A DNA stretch of 64,000 bases, from assembly GCA_013239625.1 (NCBI GenBank), contig MU053304.1:1798001-1862000 (forward strand). Direction: 5' to 3'. This document shows positions 11,090 to 23,808 of this stretch, piece after piece; within the stretch, counting starts at the first letter, position 1; each line of letters starts with the position of its first letter. A model generated the notes under the pieces. It was not told where the DNA came from. It saw only the letters and a list, made by a program, of their open reading frames with translations, and did not search any database. Source of the stretch: Lama guanicoe (lineage: Eukaryota). The translations under genes and the position numbers were made by a program.

Positions 11090-11674
11090 ATCAGTTTTAA
11101 AAATGAAAAATTTTTATTGTACTAAAATTTTGATAAGTATATAATTCTTTTATTTGGAAACAGATGAATACTTTCTCAGAAAATTCTCAGTGACGTGAGG
11201 TTTTCTTTTGAAATAAACGGACAAGTCTCGTCAAAATTCTTTGAACAATTTTACTAAAGGAAAAGAATGGTTGGTTTTCTCGGTACTGTTAAAATGGAAT
11301 GATTTTCTTATTTTATTTTTCTGGTACATTCTTAGGAAACATCATTTTTCTCAGCTTGGCCACCTGACAAAAATCACATTTCTGCCTTTAGCTTCTTTTG
11401 TTTAAGCCTCTCATGTGACATAGCATCCAGAATGGTTCTGTTTATGCCCTTATTTCTCAAGCATCAAACAGGAAAGAAAACCTATCTGAAGCTGAAGGAT
11501 GTTTGAGTCGGAAAACAGAATGCTGAGTCTATTTTTAGGTCTTACCGATTTAGGGGACAGCTGTGGTCAGCACTGCTTAACCCAAGGGTGGGGACTATAG
11601 AATCTGCCCCCTGAACAGAAAGTCCAACAGCACAGTCAAGTTTTGTGGATAGAATTTCTTTCTTATTTCCCCTT

Positions 11675-11862
11675 CTCCCTTCACCTACACTGGCTGCATG
11701 TCAGAGTCACCTGGGAGCTTTAACAAAAATGAGTGCCTGAGTGCCACTGTCTCCCGTCCCCCAGGTTCTGACTTAATTGGTTGGTTTGGGGCTTGGACAC
11801 CTGTGATCTTTAAATGTCCCCAAGTGAGTCTACTGTGTGACCAGGGTTGAGAAGCCCCCGCT
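11675..11862. mobile_element. MER5-like hAT-Charlie MITE
   Basis: ggctgcatgtcagagtcacctgggagcttt...ttctgacttaattgg...ccccaagtga...ccagggttgagaa. Confidence 0.7.
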
Positions 11863-12541
11863 AGTCTCTTGTCATCTCCCCCCATAGCCTGCACAGCAAG
11901 AAGCACATGGCAGAAAAAAAGAAGACAGTCCCACCTGCTCTTGGTCCTTCTCATCCAAAAGCATCCAGTTTCGAAGGGCCTGGGATTTCTGGCCTACCCT
12001 CTCCTCAAATGGCCAAGGTTTTGTATCTCAAAGCAGATTTGAAGTCTGCATAAAGGAGACTGATGAGTGACCATGGTGCCATGTTAAGGGTCCAGGCATG
12101 GGAATGAGACCTAGGGGGGAATCCAGCTCTGAGTGTCCTCGGGTAAGTAAGTAGTTTTTCTGCAGCTTGGTTTCCTCATCTGTCAGAAGGGGACTCTGAT
12201 GCCAACCTTGAAGATTGTTGTGGCTTAGAAAAGTATCTAGCCCAGTGACTGGCCCATAGGAGACACCTAATAAAAGGAAGCCATATACATATCTATAATA
12301 GCAATCTTGTTTATTTCATGCTTTTCCCTTGGACTGAAAAAAAAAATCATTTCTTTCCTACCTGATTCTCAAGGAGACTAAAATTCCATCAGTAGAGATT
12401 CATTTCTTTGGTTGTGATGTATAAGATGCTAGAAAATGTGGATTTCGGTGCTGACTCTCCACAGCATTCACTTCCATTAGTTCTTCCTTTGTATCCCTTT
12501 TACCAGGCAGATGCCAGAAACAATAATAAGAGGACAGTGTG

Positions 12542-12588
12542 CACCAGAAATTAACACAACATTGTAAATCAACTATACTTCAGTGAAA
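12542..12588 (+). mobile_element. Extremely 5'-truncated L1 3' terminus with TSD
   Basis: caccagaaattaacacaacattgtaaatcaactatacttca matches the L1 ends at 30884 and 31074; perfect 14-bp TSD AAGAGGACAGTGTG. Confidence 0.85.
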
Positions 12589-12844
12589 AAGAGGACAGTG
12601 TGAACTCAGCATGTGCTGGCCATCTAGGCTTTTATGGAATCATTTGTTGCTTTATTTCAATGCTGACCTGTCGTCGATCAACTATCACGATGTGAGTCTT
12701 AGCATAGTTGTCCTTAGGAGGAGGGGCTTCTCTAAATTGCCCCTCCCTACTCCCCAGGGTGAGTGAGGGCAGAGCAGGGCCCCAGCCAGGACTGCACACT
12801 TGAGGACTAGAGGAGCATCGGGCACCCAGACAGCAGACAGACAC

Positions 12845-13090
12845 CCAGCCAAGAATGGTTTTAACATTTTAAAATGGTTGGAAATAAATCAAAATGAGTA
12901 TTTTGGGATGCATGAAAATGATATGAAATTCAAATTTCAGTGTCCATCAATAAGGCTTTATTGAACATGGCCACACCGATTTGTTTAAGTACCATTGGTT
13001 TATGTGCTCCAACCGCAGAGTTGAGTAGCTGGATTCGATGGTGTGAATTGCAAAGCTGAAAATATTTATCTGGCTTGTGACAAAGGAAGA
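12845..13090. mobile_element. MER58-like hAT-Charlie element
   Basis: agaatggttttaacatttt...atgaaattcaaatttcagtgtcc...ggccacacc...gcagagttgagtag...aaaatatttatctgg. Confidence 0.7.
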
Positions 13091-13494
13091 GGTTGGCTGA
13101 ATATTTCAGAAAACGTTGATGGAAGGAATTTATTTTTCCACTTTTATTTATTGGATTTAGCTGAAGCCTGCCCTCCTTCCGTCCCTTCTTCCTGAGGGGT
13201 GTCTGGAGCCAGGTTCTAGGGCCCAGTGCTGAGGCTGGACTCGTGGGAGATACACCAACGGATAAACAGCTCTTGTCTTCAAATTGCTTAAATCTTGAGA
13301 GTCATCCTAGACAGACTTTTAACTTTTCATTGTACATAACAGCCTTGGTTTAATATGTTTGGAGAGTGGAGTTACAGTCTGCTTCTGGGGAGGCATGTGC
13401 AGTAGGGAAAGGAAATGTTAGCTCTGAAGGTTCTGAGTGTGAATTTAAAGGTTTAGAATCCCTGCTGAGTCACTACAAGCTTATTAGCTTTCTT

Positions 13495-13759
13495 TTTCCT
13501 TTTCCTTCCTCCCTTCCTTCCTTCCTTTCTTTCCTTCTTTCTTTCCTGTGAAAATAATTTGTATTTGTTTATTTATTTATTTACTATTTAACCCATTTCT
13601 TGTTGTTTTTTATTGAAGTATAGTTGATTTACAATGTATTACTTGCTGGTGTACAGCCTAGTGATCCAGTTTTACATACATATTCTTTCTCATTACAGGT
13701 TGCTGCAAGCCACTGGGTATAGTTCCCTGTGCTCTACAGTAGGACCTTGTTGTTAATCG
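13495..13759 (-). mobile_element. L1 3' end with (CCTT)n/(ATTT)n tail, inserted in a MIR
   Basis: ttttattgaagtatagttgatttacaatg...gttccctgtgctctacagtagga; TSD TATTAGCTTTCTT at 13482-13494 and 13760-13772. Confidence 0.8.
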
Positions 13760-14769
13760 TATTAGCTTTCTTAACCCCAGTTCCTCATTCATTCATAGGA
13801 GGGTTGGAAGGGTAAAGAGAGGAACTTGTAAAGCCCTGGCCCAGAGCTGGCCCTCTGTGCACACAAACTGCTCTTTTTCTGAAAGTGGATACTATTCTCC
13901 ATTGTGCAGCTAAGGAGACTCACCTGGGGTCCTACAGCTCGGGGATGGAGTCTGGACTCTGGGCCCCAGCATTGTGGCTTTGAGTAGAGTGTTTTTGCTA
14001 GAATTCTGCTGCACTTGCCTCCAACCGCTCCATGTTTCTGACCTTCAAAGTGAGGGCTGGAGAGGAATCAGAGAGGAAAGGTTGGTAGCAGGTCCAGTCC
14101 TGGCAGCTTTAGTTTCTGTAGGGATGCTTTGGGTTTGTGTAACGTTAAGGTTTTTCTTTCCTAAGAGAGAGGAACGGCATAGGGCTTTTGAAAAAGAGTG
14201 AGGATTTGAGCAATGAAGTAAGTGTACTTAAAAAAGACGCTTGAAAAGAGAAATGTCTGCTGTCTTTTGCTAACAGTTCCTGAAAGCTAGCACATCGTTT
14301 AGAATTTCAATGCTGGCACTTAACTGCTGCTTGTAGTTAATTTAAAGGAGCATTTGTAATTACTTTGGGGTTTCAGAGGCAGATTGAAACTCCTTTATGG
14401 AAGGCATGTTGTGGTGGAAGTCATCACAAGAGATGAGCAGAATCTGGTGCCTCTTCCACGGGAAACCAGAACCCCAGAGTCTGTGCAAAATGGGCTGATC
14501 ACCACTCAGTGAAAGGACAGCCCAGTAAGGATCATTGCCAGTTTCTCACAGTGTTCAGGTCAGATTGCCAAAATTTGTTATTTGGAGCAAAATCCCAGCC
14601 TTAATTTTCAAGCAAAATGGAATGTAGTAGAACAGGAAAAATGTTAAATATATCGTCAGTATATTCCCCAGGGAAGGGAAGACTTTATATAGGAAACATG
14701 AAAACCAAACTCTAACTGCCAGCTGACCTCCCCGATTATTCCTTACACAGAGACTTTTCAGACTCTTTT

Positions 14770-16295
14770 CTAAAAATTAAGGAAAATTCACCCTTCTAAG
14801 CATTCACTTCTATGATTTTGAAATACAGTTGTGTAACTGTCACCACAATAGGGATATAGAGGAGCTCATCACTTCCATAAATTTCCTCATGCCCCTTTGT
14901 GGTCAGCCCTCTCCCAGCCCCAGCCCCTGGCCTCTGATGGTCTGAGTCTTTGCTTATAGTTTTGCCAGTTCCAGAACATCATATAAATTAGGTCACACAA
15001 CATGCACACTGAGGGTCATGCCCTTGAGATTGATTCATATGGTTGCATGTATCAGTAACTTCTTTTTATTGCTGAGTAGTATTCCATTGTATGGATGTAC
15101 CATAGTTTTGTTTATCCTTTCACCAACTGATTACATTTGGATTGCTTCCAGTTTTGGGTGATTATGAATAAAGCTGCCATAAAAGTTCACGTACAGGTCT
15201 TTAAGTGGACATATGTTTTCATTTCTCTTTAGTAAGTGCCTGGGAGTGGGATTGCTGGGTCATGTGGTCAGTGCATGTTAAACTTTACAAGAAGCTGCCA
15301 AGATGGTTCCCAGTTTGACTGAATCATTTTTCATTCTCATCATCATCATTAAATGAGAGTTCCAGTTTCTTGCATCCTTGTCACTTCTTGGTATTGTTGG
15401 TGATTTAGATGTTAGCTATTCTAATGGGTGTATAGTGGCATCACACTGTGGTATTAATTTGCATTTTCTTAACAGTTGATGATGTTGAGCACTTTTTAAA
15501 AACTTTTATTTTTGTTTTTTAAATGATTTATTTATTTATTTTTTTAGTGGAGATTCTGAGGATTGAACCCAGGACCTTGTGCATGCTAAGCAGGTGCTCT
15601 ACCACTGAGCTATAACCTCCCCCATGATGTTGAACATTTTTTTTTTTAAGGTGCTATCTGCCATCCATACCTTTTCTTTGATGAAGTAGTTGTTCAGTGA
15701 GTTGTGAGAATTCTTTCTATACTTTGGATACAAATCCTTTATTCCATATGTGACCTGCAAATATTTTCTCCCAATCTGTGACTTGTCTTTGTATTTTCTT
15801 GACAGTGTCTTTTGAAGGGCAGGTTTTTAATATCAATGAAGTCTAATTTATCAACTTTTTCTTTTATAGTTTGTGCCTTTTTGTGTCCTATCTAAGAAAT
15901 CTTTGCTTAATCCAAGGTCACAAAAATTTCCTCCTGTGTTTTCTTTTAGAACTGTATTGTTTAGTGTTTAGGTCTTTGACCCATTTTGAGATAATATTTG
16001 TATTTGTATGTAGTTCAGTGTATGAGTAGTTTTTATTCATTTTTGGCATATGGATATCCAATTGTTCCAGAAATATTTGTTGACAAGATTGTCTATCTCC
16101 ACTGAATTATCTTGGCACCTTTGTTGAAAATCATTTGACTGTATAAATGATCTATTTTATTACAGTTCATTGACTTTATATATCTAACCTTTTTGCCAAT
16201 TCCCTAATATCTAGATTACTATAGCTTTAGAGTAAGCCCTTTTTTTTAGAGTAAGTCTTGAAATCAGATTGTGTGAGTCCTTTAAATTTGTTGAG
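14770..16295 (-). mobile_element. Ancient L1M (L1MB/MC-type) 3' fragment
   Basis: Typical antisense L1 motifs (attgctgagtagtattccattgtatggatgtacc; gtgggattgctgggtca; caaatattttctccca; atccaattgttccag). Confidence 0.85.
15497..15623 (-). mobile_element. Vic-1-like SINE nested in L1M
   Basis: gattgaacccaggacc...ctctaccactgagcta; imperfect TSD ATGATGTTGA(G/A)CA..TTT. Confidence 0.9.
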
Positions 16296-16593
16296 ATGAC
16301 ATAGAATTTCAAGAATCAGCAAAGCATGTCATACATACCTAGAGAGAAACTAGGGTTCTTAACCTGGAATCTTCTGATGGTTTCAAGACTATGTTCTGAG
16401 ATGCCAACTTTTGTATGTATATGTTCTGGGGAATGGCTCACAAGTTTCATGAGATTCTTAAAGAAGTCTTCCATCAATAAAATAATCATTGGCCCAGAGG
16501 AAGAAGAAGCTAGTTATATGCATGGGGGACTTCTGGGTATGCACTAACACATATACCAAGAACCAGCCTGGGACCATGAAGTTGCCCTAAAAT

Positions 16594-16751
16594 AGTGGTG
16601 CCAGATAAAATACAGGAAGCTCAGTTAAATCTGAATTTCAGAAAAAAGTGAATTTTGTTTTCTATGTGTCCCAGATATTGCACATCGTTTTTCTGAAATT
16701 TAAATTTAACTGGGAGTTCTGCATTTTTTAATTTGCTAAATCTAGCAACCT
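16594..16751. mobile_element. MER53-like palindromic hAT MITE
   Basis: gccagataaaatacagga..cagttaaatctgaatttcaga ... tctgaaatttaaatttaactggg...tctagcaacc (inverted arms). Confidence 0.75.
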
Positions 16752-16949
16752 TTCCCAAAAAGCCTAACTAATCCCTGCCCTGATTCCCAGCTTTACTCTG
16801 AAGGATTCGTCAATGGCAATTTAAATTCTTGACAAATAATTACATAAGGCAAATTTTATTAACTCGCATTTAAAATATTAATTTAACTCAAAGTTTTACA
16901 TCTTCATGGGTCCTTTTAAGAGCAACTGTCAAACTGTGTTAGGATGTTA

Positions 16950-18030
16950 AAAGCCTGTAAAAAAACATAGTGAAAAAGGCCCATTGTAAATTTATCTTAC
17001 CCTTTCTCCACTTCTTCTAATTTCGTGCCTCTGCAGTAATCACTGTTCACATTTTGGTGTGTAGCTTTACATTTTCCTCTCTGTACATATAAACGCATAT
17101 GAAGCATATGTAGATATTCATTTATCCATGCAACTGTTTTCTATGAAATGAAACCATCCTATGTATACTGTTCTGCAACTTTTTTCTTAATCTGTTTTGA
17201 ACATCCTATCACATCTTAAAACAGAAAGCAAACTTGTTCTTTTTTTAATTTTCTAAAGATATTTTTTGAAGAGTGATTATTTATTTAGTTTTTTGGGAGC
17301 CAGGTAATTAGGTTTATTTATTTCTTTATTTTTAGAGGAGGTACTGGGGATTGAACCCAGGACCTCATGCATGCTAAGCATGTGCTCTACCACTTGAGCT
17401 GTATCCACCCCACTGCAAATGTGTTCTTTTTGATGGCTGTATAGTATTCCAGTATGATTGTTTATGTATCCAGTCCTTACTGAGGCACACTAGTCCCACT
17501 TTTCCACTATAAATGATGTTGCAATGACTATATGTTATGTATATGCAATGACATGTGTGTATGTATATGTATGTTGAAAGCTACATACATTAAAACATTT
17601 TAATAAATATTGCTAAATTGCCATCCAAAAAGATTGAACAATTTTGCTTATTTTCTAACAGCATATGAGAATGCCTATTCACCCACATTTTTGTCAATAC
17701 TGGTATTCCACATTTTATTTTTGTGTGTCAACTGATAGGTGAAACCTGGTATCTCACTGATTCTCAGCATTTTAAAAATTATGAATGACAGAGAGTATTT
17801 GTAATGAACTGTCCATTTTTATTTTTACCTAATTTTGTTTTGGGTTGCTCATTTAAAAATTTGACTTGTAGTAGCCTGTTGTTAATGAAGAAATTAGCCC
17901 TTTGTCCTTTGTGTTGTTAGTATTTTTTCCCTATTTCTCTTCTTTTCTTTTGACTCCATGTATGCTCATTGTTTTGCCCTTAAGAAACTTAGAATTTTTA
18001 GTTCTTATTTAGCCAGACTCATCAATGTGG
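16950..18030 (-). mobile_element. Ancient L1ME-like fragment
   Basis: Degenerate antisense L1 3' motifs; boundaries approximate. Confidence 0.6.
17246..17414 (-). mobile_element. Vic-1-like SINE
   Basis: ggtaattaggtttattt...gaggtactggggattgaacccaggacctcatgcatgctaagc; imperfect TSD GCAAA..TGTTCTTTTT. Confidence 0.9.
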
Positions 18031-18817
18031 GGTCAGTAAATTTTAATTAGAATTCTAATGTTTGATACCAATACTGTACTGTACAATATTTTGAGCATTA
18101 TCCAATTTGCTTTTGAAGAATTCAATTTTGGCCAAGATTTAAATTGATAGGACTGTCGTTGTTGTCTCTTTAGAATGTACAATTAAACATAGTCCCAGTT
18201 TATGTCTATTTTAAGAAGGGCTGGCATAGATTTTCTAAATCATATTTAAATATTTGTAATTTGTCTTAACTTCTTTTGAGCCTGAAACACTGTATCCGAT
18301 TTATTAAGATGCTTCATTTATTTTTTTTTAAAGAACTACTCAGCACATTTTCCTTCTAATAATTGGCATGGGTTTCTTAGTATTTTGTTAAAATCACCAA
18401 GTTAATTTTAATGGCATTATTGGATAATAGGATATTTCTTAGAAGTTCTTGATGGTGTAATGGTCTGATTTAAAAAAGTGTTCTTCATCCAGGCTTGGGC
18501 AGAAAAAAGCTCATCTTAATATTCAGCAAAATGCAAATTTCCTTTATGCTTTAATCTTCATGTTATATTTTTAGCACTTTGCCCCTGAGAACAACCTCTT
18601 TTCTCTTAATCAGGGATTTTTGTGGTTCTCTATCTTCATTTTCCCTGTTAAAAAATTGGCTGTTGGTTTTTCTTTTTTTTTCTTTTGGTTGTGCAAAAGG
18701 AAATTCTTTTATTTCTGTAGAAAAGGCTCGTAATGAGAGAAATAATAAGAGAGACAGAGAAATGAGAACTCATATTTGCATTTCCATGAGGCTTAAAAAT
18801 AAACTCTCAGCTGGAGA

Positions 18818-19253
18818 ACCATTGGTGAAGGAAATTAAAGATGACTTTAAAAAAAATGGAAAGATATCCCATGCTCCTGGATTGGAAGAATCAATATTGT
18901 TAAAATGGTCACACTGCCCAAGGCAATCTACAGATTTAATGCAATCCCTATCAAATTACCCAGGACATATTTCACAGAACTAGAACAAATCGTAATAAAA
19001 TTTATATGGAACCACAAAAGACCTAGAATTGCCAAAGCATTACTGAAGAGAAAGAAAGAGGCTGGTGGGATAACTCGTCCAGACTTCAGACAATACCACA
19101 GAGCTACAGCAATCAGGACAGCATGGTATTGGTACAAAAATAGACATATGGACCAGTGGAACAGAATAGAGGACCCAGAAATGAACCCACAAACTTTTGG
19201 TCAACTAATCTCGACAGAGGAGGCAAGAATATACAATGGAATAAAGACAGTCT
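18818..19253 (+). mobile_element. Internal L1 ORF2 fragment (post-RT region), frameshifted
   Basis: Encodes KEIKDD...[35 protein letters not shown]...PRIAKALL...[16 protein letters not shown], characteristic of L1 ORF2p. No 3' UTR or poly(A). Confidence 0.92.
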
Positions 19254-20139
19254 CTGGAGAGAAGTAAATTTAATATTATTATGTTTTTCTTTTACAAAGA
19301 GTGGGTAGGATGGGGTGGGGCGGGGATTTGGGGGCTATACTGACTGGAAGGGAAATCACTCTTCTTTTTGTTTCCTAAGGAAAAATAAATTGATATTATT
19401 ATGTTCAGCTTTAAGAGTGTTAAACAAAATGGTGCTCAAGATGATACTGACACCTCAAAAAATCCTTTATGTGAGTTTTCCCTTGTTTCCCTCACCTTCA
19501 GGGGACCCTTGGGATGTTTTGTACGCTTGGAAGAGGTTTTTTTTCCCGCAGTGGAGCCTGTGGGAATTTAGGAGAGGCCGAGAGCCCTTCTTCCTAACCT
19601 GGGCTTTTCCTAGTAGTCTGCGGGGCCTTGTGATTGCTTTGTTCTTTCTCCCTTATATTTAGGAAAGTGGTTCACAGGCGGTGTTGTCTGGCAGGTGGAC
19701 GGCAGTAGGTGACCAGGCTGTGGACAGGGATTGTGTCGTTGGGCTCCCTGCCTCTCCTCTCCCTGCCTTTTCCACGTGGATCCCTTGAGAAAGGCCTCCT
19801 CAGTGAAGGTGGGTCTTCTTTCCAGGAGAATAGTCTTTATTCTCGTACGGGCTCCCCTCCAAGACCTGCTTCCTTGGCGGACCCTCCAGTGAAGGCCTGC
19901 TTGCCTCTTGACATAAACCCCTGAACAGAAACCTGGAAAGAACCATGTGTATCGGAGAGTCCTATTCTTAGGGCGCTGACTGCAGTGCATTAGAAAGATC
20001 CTTAATGCATACAAAGGCACGTCAGTGGCTGCTACGTGTGTTGCAGTGAAGTCCTGAAGGGTCCTGTGGTTTCTCCTAATTCCATACGGCCTGTACTGTA
20101 CACCATTCCAAGTACCTCCATGGGATCCGTGTTATCTTA

Positions 20140-20710
20140 AAAAATTGTTTTTATTGGGGCAAATTCCCATAATATAAAAGTAACCATTGTAAGGTGAACA
20201 GTTCAGTGGCACTGAGTACACTTGAAATGTGCAATCAGTATCTCTCTCTAGTTCCAAAGCATTTTTATTGCCCTAAAAAGGTTGTCCCCATTAATCAGTG
20301 GTTGCCCCTTCCCTCCAATCCCTAGCAACCACCAATGTGCATTCTGTCTCTATGGATTTACCCATTCTTGATACTTTGTATCATATGTGACTGTATGTGG
20401 GTGGCTTGTCACTTTGCTTAATGTTTTTGAGCATCTTCCACATTGTGGCACGTATCAGCACTTCATTCTTTTTATGGCTGGATAATATTCCATTCCCTGT
20501 ATCTATGATTTTATTTGTCAGTTCATCAGTTGATGGACATTTGGGTTATTTCCACCTTTTGGCTACTGTGACCAGTGCTGCTATGAACATGCTTGTACAA
20601 GGCATTGTTTGAGTACCTATTTTCAATTGTTTGGGGTCTATATCTAGAAATAGAACCATTGGGTCACATGGCAGTTCTATATTTAACTTTTTGAGGAACT
20701 GCCAAATGCA
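20140..20710 (-). mobile_element. L1MB-like 3' fragment
   Basis: ttcatcagttgatggacatttgggttatttccaccttttggctactgtg...ttttgaggaactgccaa. Confidence 0.85.
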
Positions 20711-21528
20711 CTTCCATCTGTGTTAGCTTCTTGCACAGACTGAGCCCCGGGATCTTCCCTGGGATGGTAACTTTTAGCCGCTATTCATATGGCAGATTGT
20801 TCTTGCTGCTGTCCTTGCCCGGGCATGCAGCATCCCAGACACTCTATTCCTGGCCTGGTCTGTGGCCCCAGTTCTCCTGACCCTGAACTTGCTTAGCTCC
20901 ATTGTCTCTTCATGAAAGAGCTCAGCCTCCCTTGGCTCCCTCCCAGGAAGGCCCGTGCACTGGAGAGCTCGGTTCTCCAGCTCAGCTTGGGCCCTGAGCG
21001 CTGCCCCTCCATTCAGGCCTCATTCTAGAGCCTGTGGTCTGCTGAACTCCTTTGGGAGAATTAATTAGACAGCTGGCCAAGGGCACGTGAGCCACTGTGA
21101 ATAAGTAGCCCTAGGTGTCATTGGTCCAGTTGCTTCATTTCACTGAGGAGAAAACTGAGGCCAGAAAGTTGAAAAAAAATTATACAAGGCCATCCAGCTC
21201 GTAAGTGGCCACATTCAGCGTGAGAAAGGTCTTGGCATCTGGTTGGGTGACTTCAGATACCCTGGGCAGTCCCCTTCTCCAGGCCCTGGCACCCATCAGA
21301 CACATTCAGCACATCGCAAGGAGGAGTGGGGCCTCCCCAGCAGGCATGGTGGGCTGCGATACCATCTGAGCACGCTTGCTCGTTGAGGAACTAGCTCACG
21401 TGGGTTTATGTTGAGCACTTACATTGCTAGGTTTTAATGAGCTCAGTGTAAGTGGGAAATCCAAGTGGGCGGTGGGGGGCCCTGCGCTTGCTGATGGGCC
21501 AGCAGGGCTGCAGGCCGGGAGATCACTT

Positions 21529-21541
21529 GTTGCCTAGCAAC
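21529..21541. promoter_or_regulatory. RFX X-box
   Basis: GTTGCCTAGCAAC is a perfect fit to GTNRCC-N-RGYAAC. Confidence 0.5.
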
Positions 21542-21683
21542 CACTGCCGGGCTACTTGGTTCCTGCAGCCTGAACCTGGGTAACATCCTCAGGGATTGGG
21601 ACTTGGGCACTGTGGTTCAGAAACGAGTGGGAATTTGTTGTTTTAGTAGCTCAGTATGGCCCCTAGTGCACAGCCTTTTCCCA

Positions 21684-21717
21684 CAAACAAACAAACAAAA
21701 CAAACAAACAAACAAAC
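21684..21717. repeat. (AAAC)n microsatellite, interrupted
   Basis: caaacaaacaaacaaaacaaacaaacaaacaaac. Confidence 0.9.
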
Positions 21718-22019
21718 CATCCACCTTCAGGGAATTGGCAGTTGTGGCAACTCTGGATAGTTTGTGGCTCAGAGAAGCTCACGAGACAACTGAATTCTTA
21801 GGTCAAGGGTGCATTGTGAACCTCTGCTTCCCACCTGTCCCTCCATTCTCAGGACTTGGAATCTTCCAGGCCTGTCCTACTCACCGTCTGACACTGGAGC
21901 ATGTTTCTGTAGAATACTGGGAGCGGGGAGGAGATGGCATTCTCTGGTTTTCTAAGCAAGATTAATAATCTAAGGAATTCACCCTTTCACTGGCAATTTC
22001 TGAGCATGGATTAAAGTGA

Positions 22020-22396
22020 TGTGGAGGTTACTGAAATGACTTGATGCTAGTTGACCCGCTGGCTCAACCTGGGCATCGATGGCTCCTCACCCCTCCCCTG
22101 TCCTTGGCATGTGCCTCTGCCTACCATTCCCGTAGTGAGAGCTACTTTCAAGGACATAGCCTCGAGGGGGCAATGTGATGTGGAGACCATCTGGACTGAA
22201 TATGTGACTCTATATAAATTTTAAGGTTTATGTAGAGATCTGCTTGTCCTGCAGCCACCCAGGACAAGCCTCCTATCTAAGTTCTCTTGCTTATTAAACC
22301 TGCCATCTACCAGACCAGAGGGGTCTGCCTTGCACTCATGGTTCAGGGGTCAGTTTCATATTTCACACTGGAGGCTCCTGAGTTTGCAAACCAATA
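22020..22396 (+). mobile_element. Solo LTR, ERVL-like (copy 2 of 3)
   Basis: Shares caaggacatagcc, gagaccatctgga, caagcc...taagttc...taaacctgcca with copy 3; has TATA-like and ATTAAA motifs. Confidence 0.7.
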
Positions 22397-23432
22397 GATG
22401 GAAACACATTTCGCAGACTTTTAGAGCTTGGAGTCATCCTAGAATTCATTTTGGCTCTTTAATTTTGCAGAAGAAAGTAAAGGCCAAAGAGATGAATGTC
22501 AGAGTCAGGAGTTGAATATTGCTAACTCCCCATCCAGAGCCCAGGGCTCTCTTCACATTTAAGAGAGCATTTAAGCTGAGACATTCCAAACACCAAGGAC
22601 AGTTTTCTGGGGCAGGGGTGTGGGTGGGAATTTACAAAATAAGTGTTCTTATGAGCATTCAGATTCAAGCTCAATATTCAGTTACTTACATCTCTGGCTG
22701 TGTTCGCGCTTCCTTCCTCTAGGTTTTTTTAATTCTCATTTTTCTCTGGAGGAGGCATTTCCTCTGCTTGATAGATGAGGAGACCGGAGTGGACAGAGGT
22801 TCTTGGAGACTTACCAAGGTTACACAGCAGATGGTTGGGACAGGAGTCTCCTGTCTACAGATGTAGTGCTTGCTTCGTATTGTCATGGTGGTCTGCTCAC
22901 CCTGTAATCTATAAGAACAATTCTTTGTACAAGTGCTGAGCCCAGTTCTGAAATACGTTCCATTCGGTTGAAGATTATGAGGAATACTTAGAATGGTGAT
23001 GTATTAACTGTAATCATTGTGTCATTTTTTTGACGATTTAGAGACATCTTAGATAGGCAGGCCATTGTTTTCAGACGGACTCATAATGTAAAAACCATTT
23101 TCATCTGGATCAGAAACAGTTTTCCTGCACGGCTTAATGCTTTTGCCCAACACCTTCAGAAATAACTGGTAAAAGTATAATTTTGTATTTTAACTTAGTG
23201 AAAACCTCTAAAGATAAAATAAGTTTTATTAAAATAGTAAACTTGCATAATCACTTACAATATTAAATTCAGTAATTTGGTTGACCATAGCTAAAAGACA
23301 ATAGAAGTATTAATTTTAAGATGATTGTGAATTTTGTGTGTTTACATGCATGTGAACAGACCAGAAGTACAATGCAGTATTTTACTTTTCATTAAGTAGA
23401 CATATTAATGTCTTACTAGTTTTTTTGTCTTT

Positions 23433-23619
23433 TTTTAAAACATTTTTTTATTGAGTTATAGTCATTTTACAATGTTGTGTCAAATTCCAGTGTAGAGCAT
23501 AATTTTTCACTTATACATGAACATACATATATTCATTGTCACATTTTTTTCACTGTGAGCTACCACAAGATCTTGTATATATTTCCCTGTGCTATACAGT
23601 ATAATCTTGTTTATCTATT
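23433..23619 (-). mobile_element. Young L1 3' end with perfect 17-bp TSD
   Basis: TSD CTAGTTTTTTTGTCTTT at 23416-23432 and 23620-23636; nearly identical to 52378-52511. Confidence 0.9.
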
Positions 23620-23636
23620 CTAGTTTTTTTGTCTTT

Positions 23637-23808
23637 AAAATTTTTTTATTTTAAAAAATTATTTGTTTATTCCTTTATTTTGGGGGGGGGTGAGGTAATT
23701 AAGTTTTTATTTATTTATTTATTTTAAAAATGGAGATACTGAGGATTGAACCCACGACCTTGTACATGCCAGGCACATACTCTCCCACTGAGCTATACCC
23801 TCCCCCAC
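23637..23808 (-). mobile_element. Vic-1-like SINE
   Basis: gaggtaattaagttt...gaggattgaacccacgacc...ctcccactgagctataccctcccc. Confidence 0.9.

Noticed and set aside
16226..16255. TTTAGAGTAAG direct repeat around a T-run
   Set aside because: Could be another poly(A) scar, but slippage within an old L1 explains it equally well.
18905..19267. 120-aa ORF as a host gene
   Set aside because: L1 ORF2 remnant with frameshifts on both sides.
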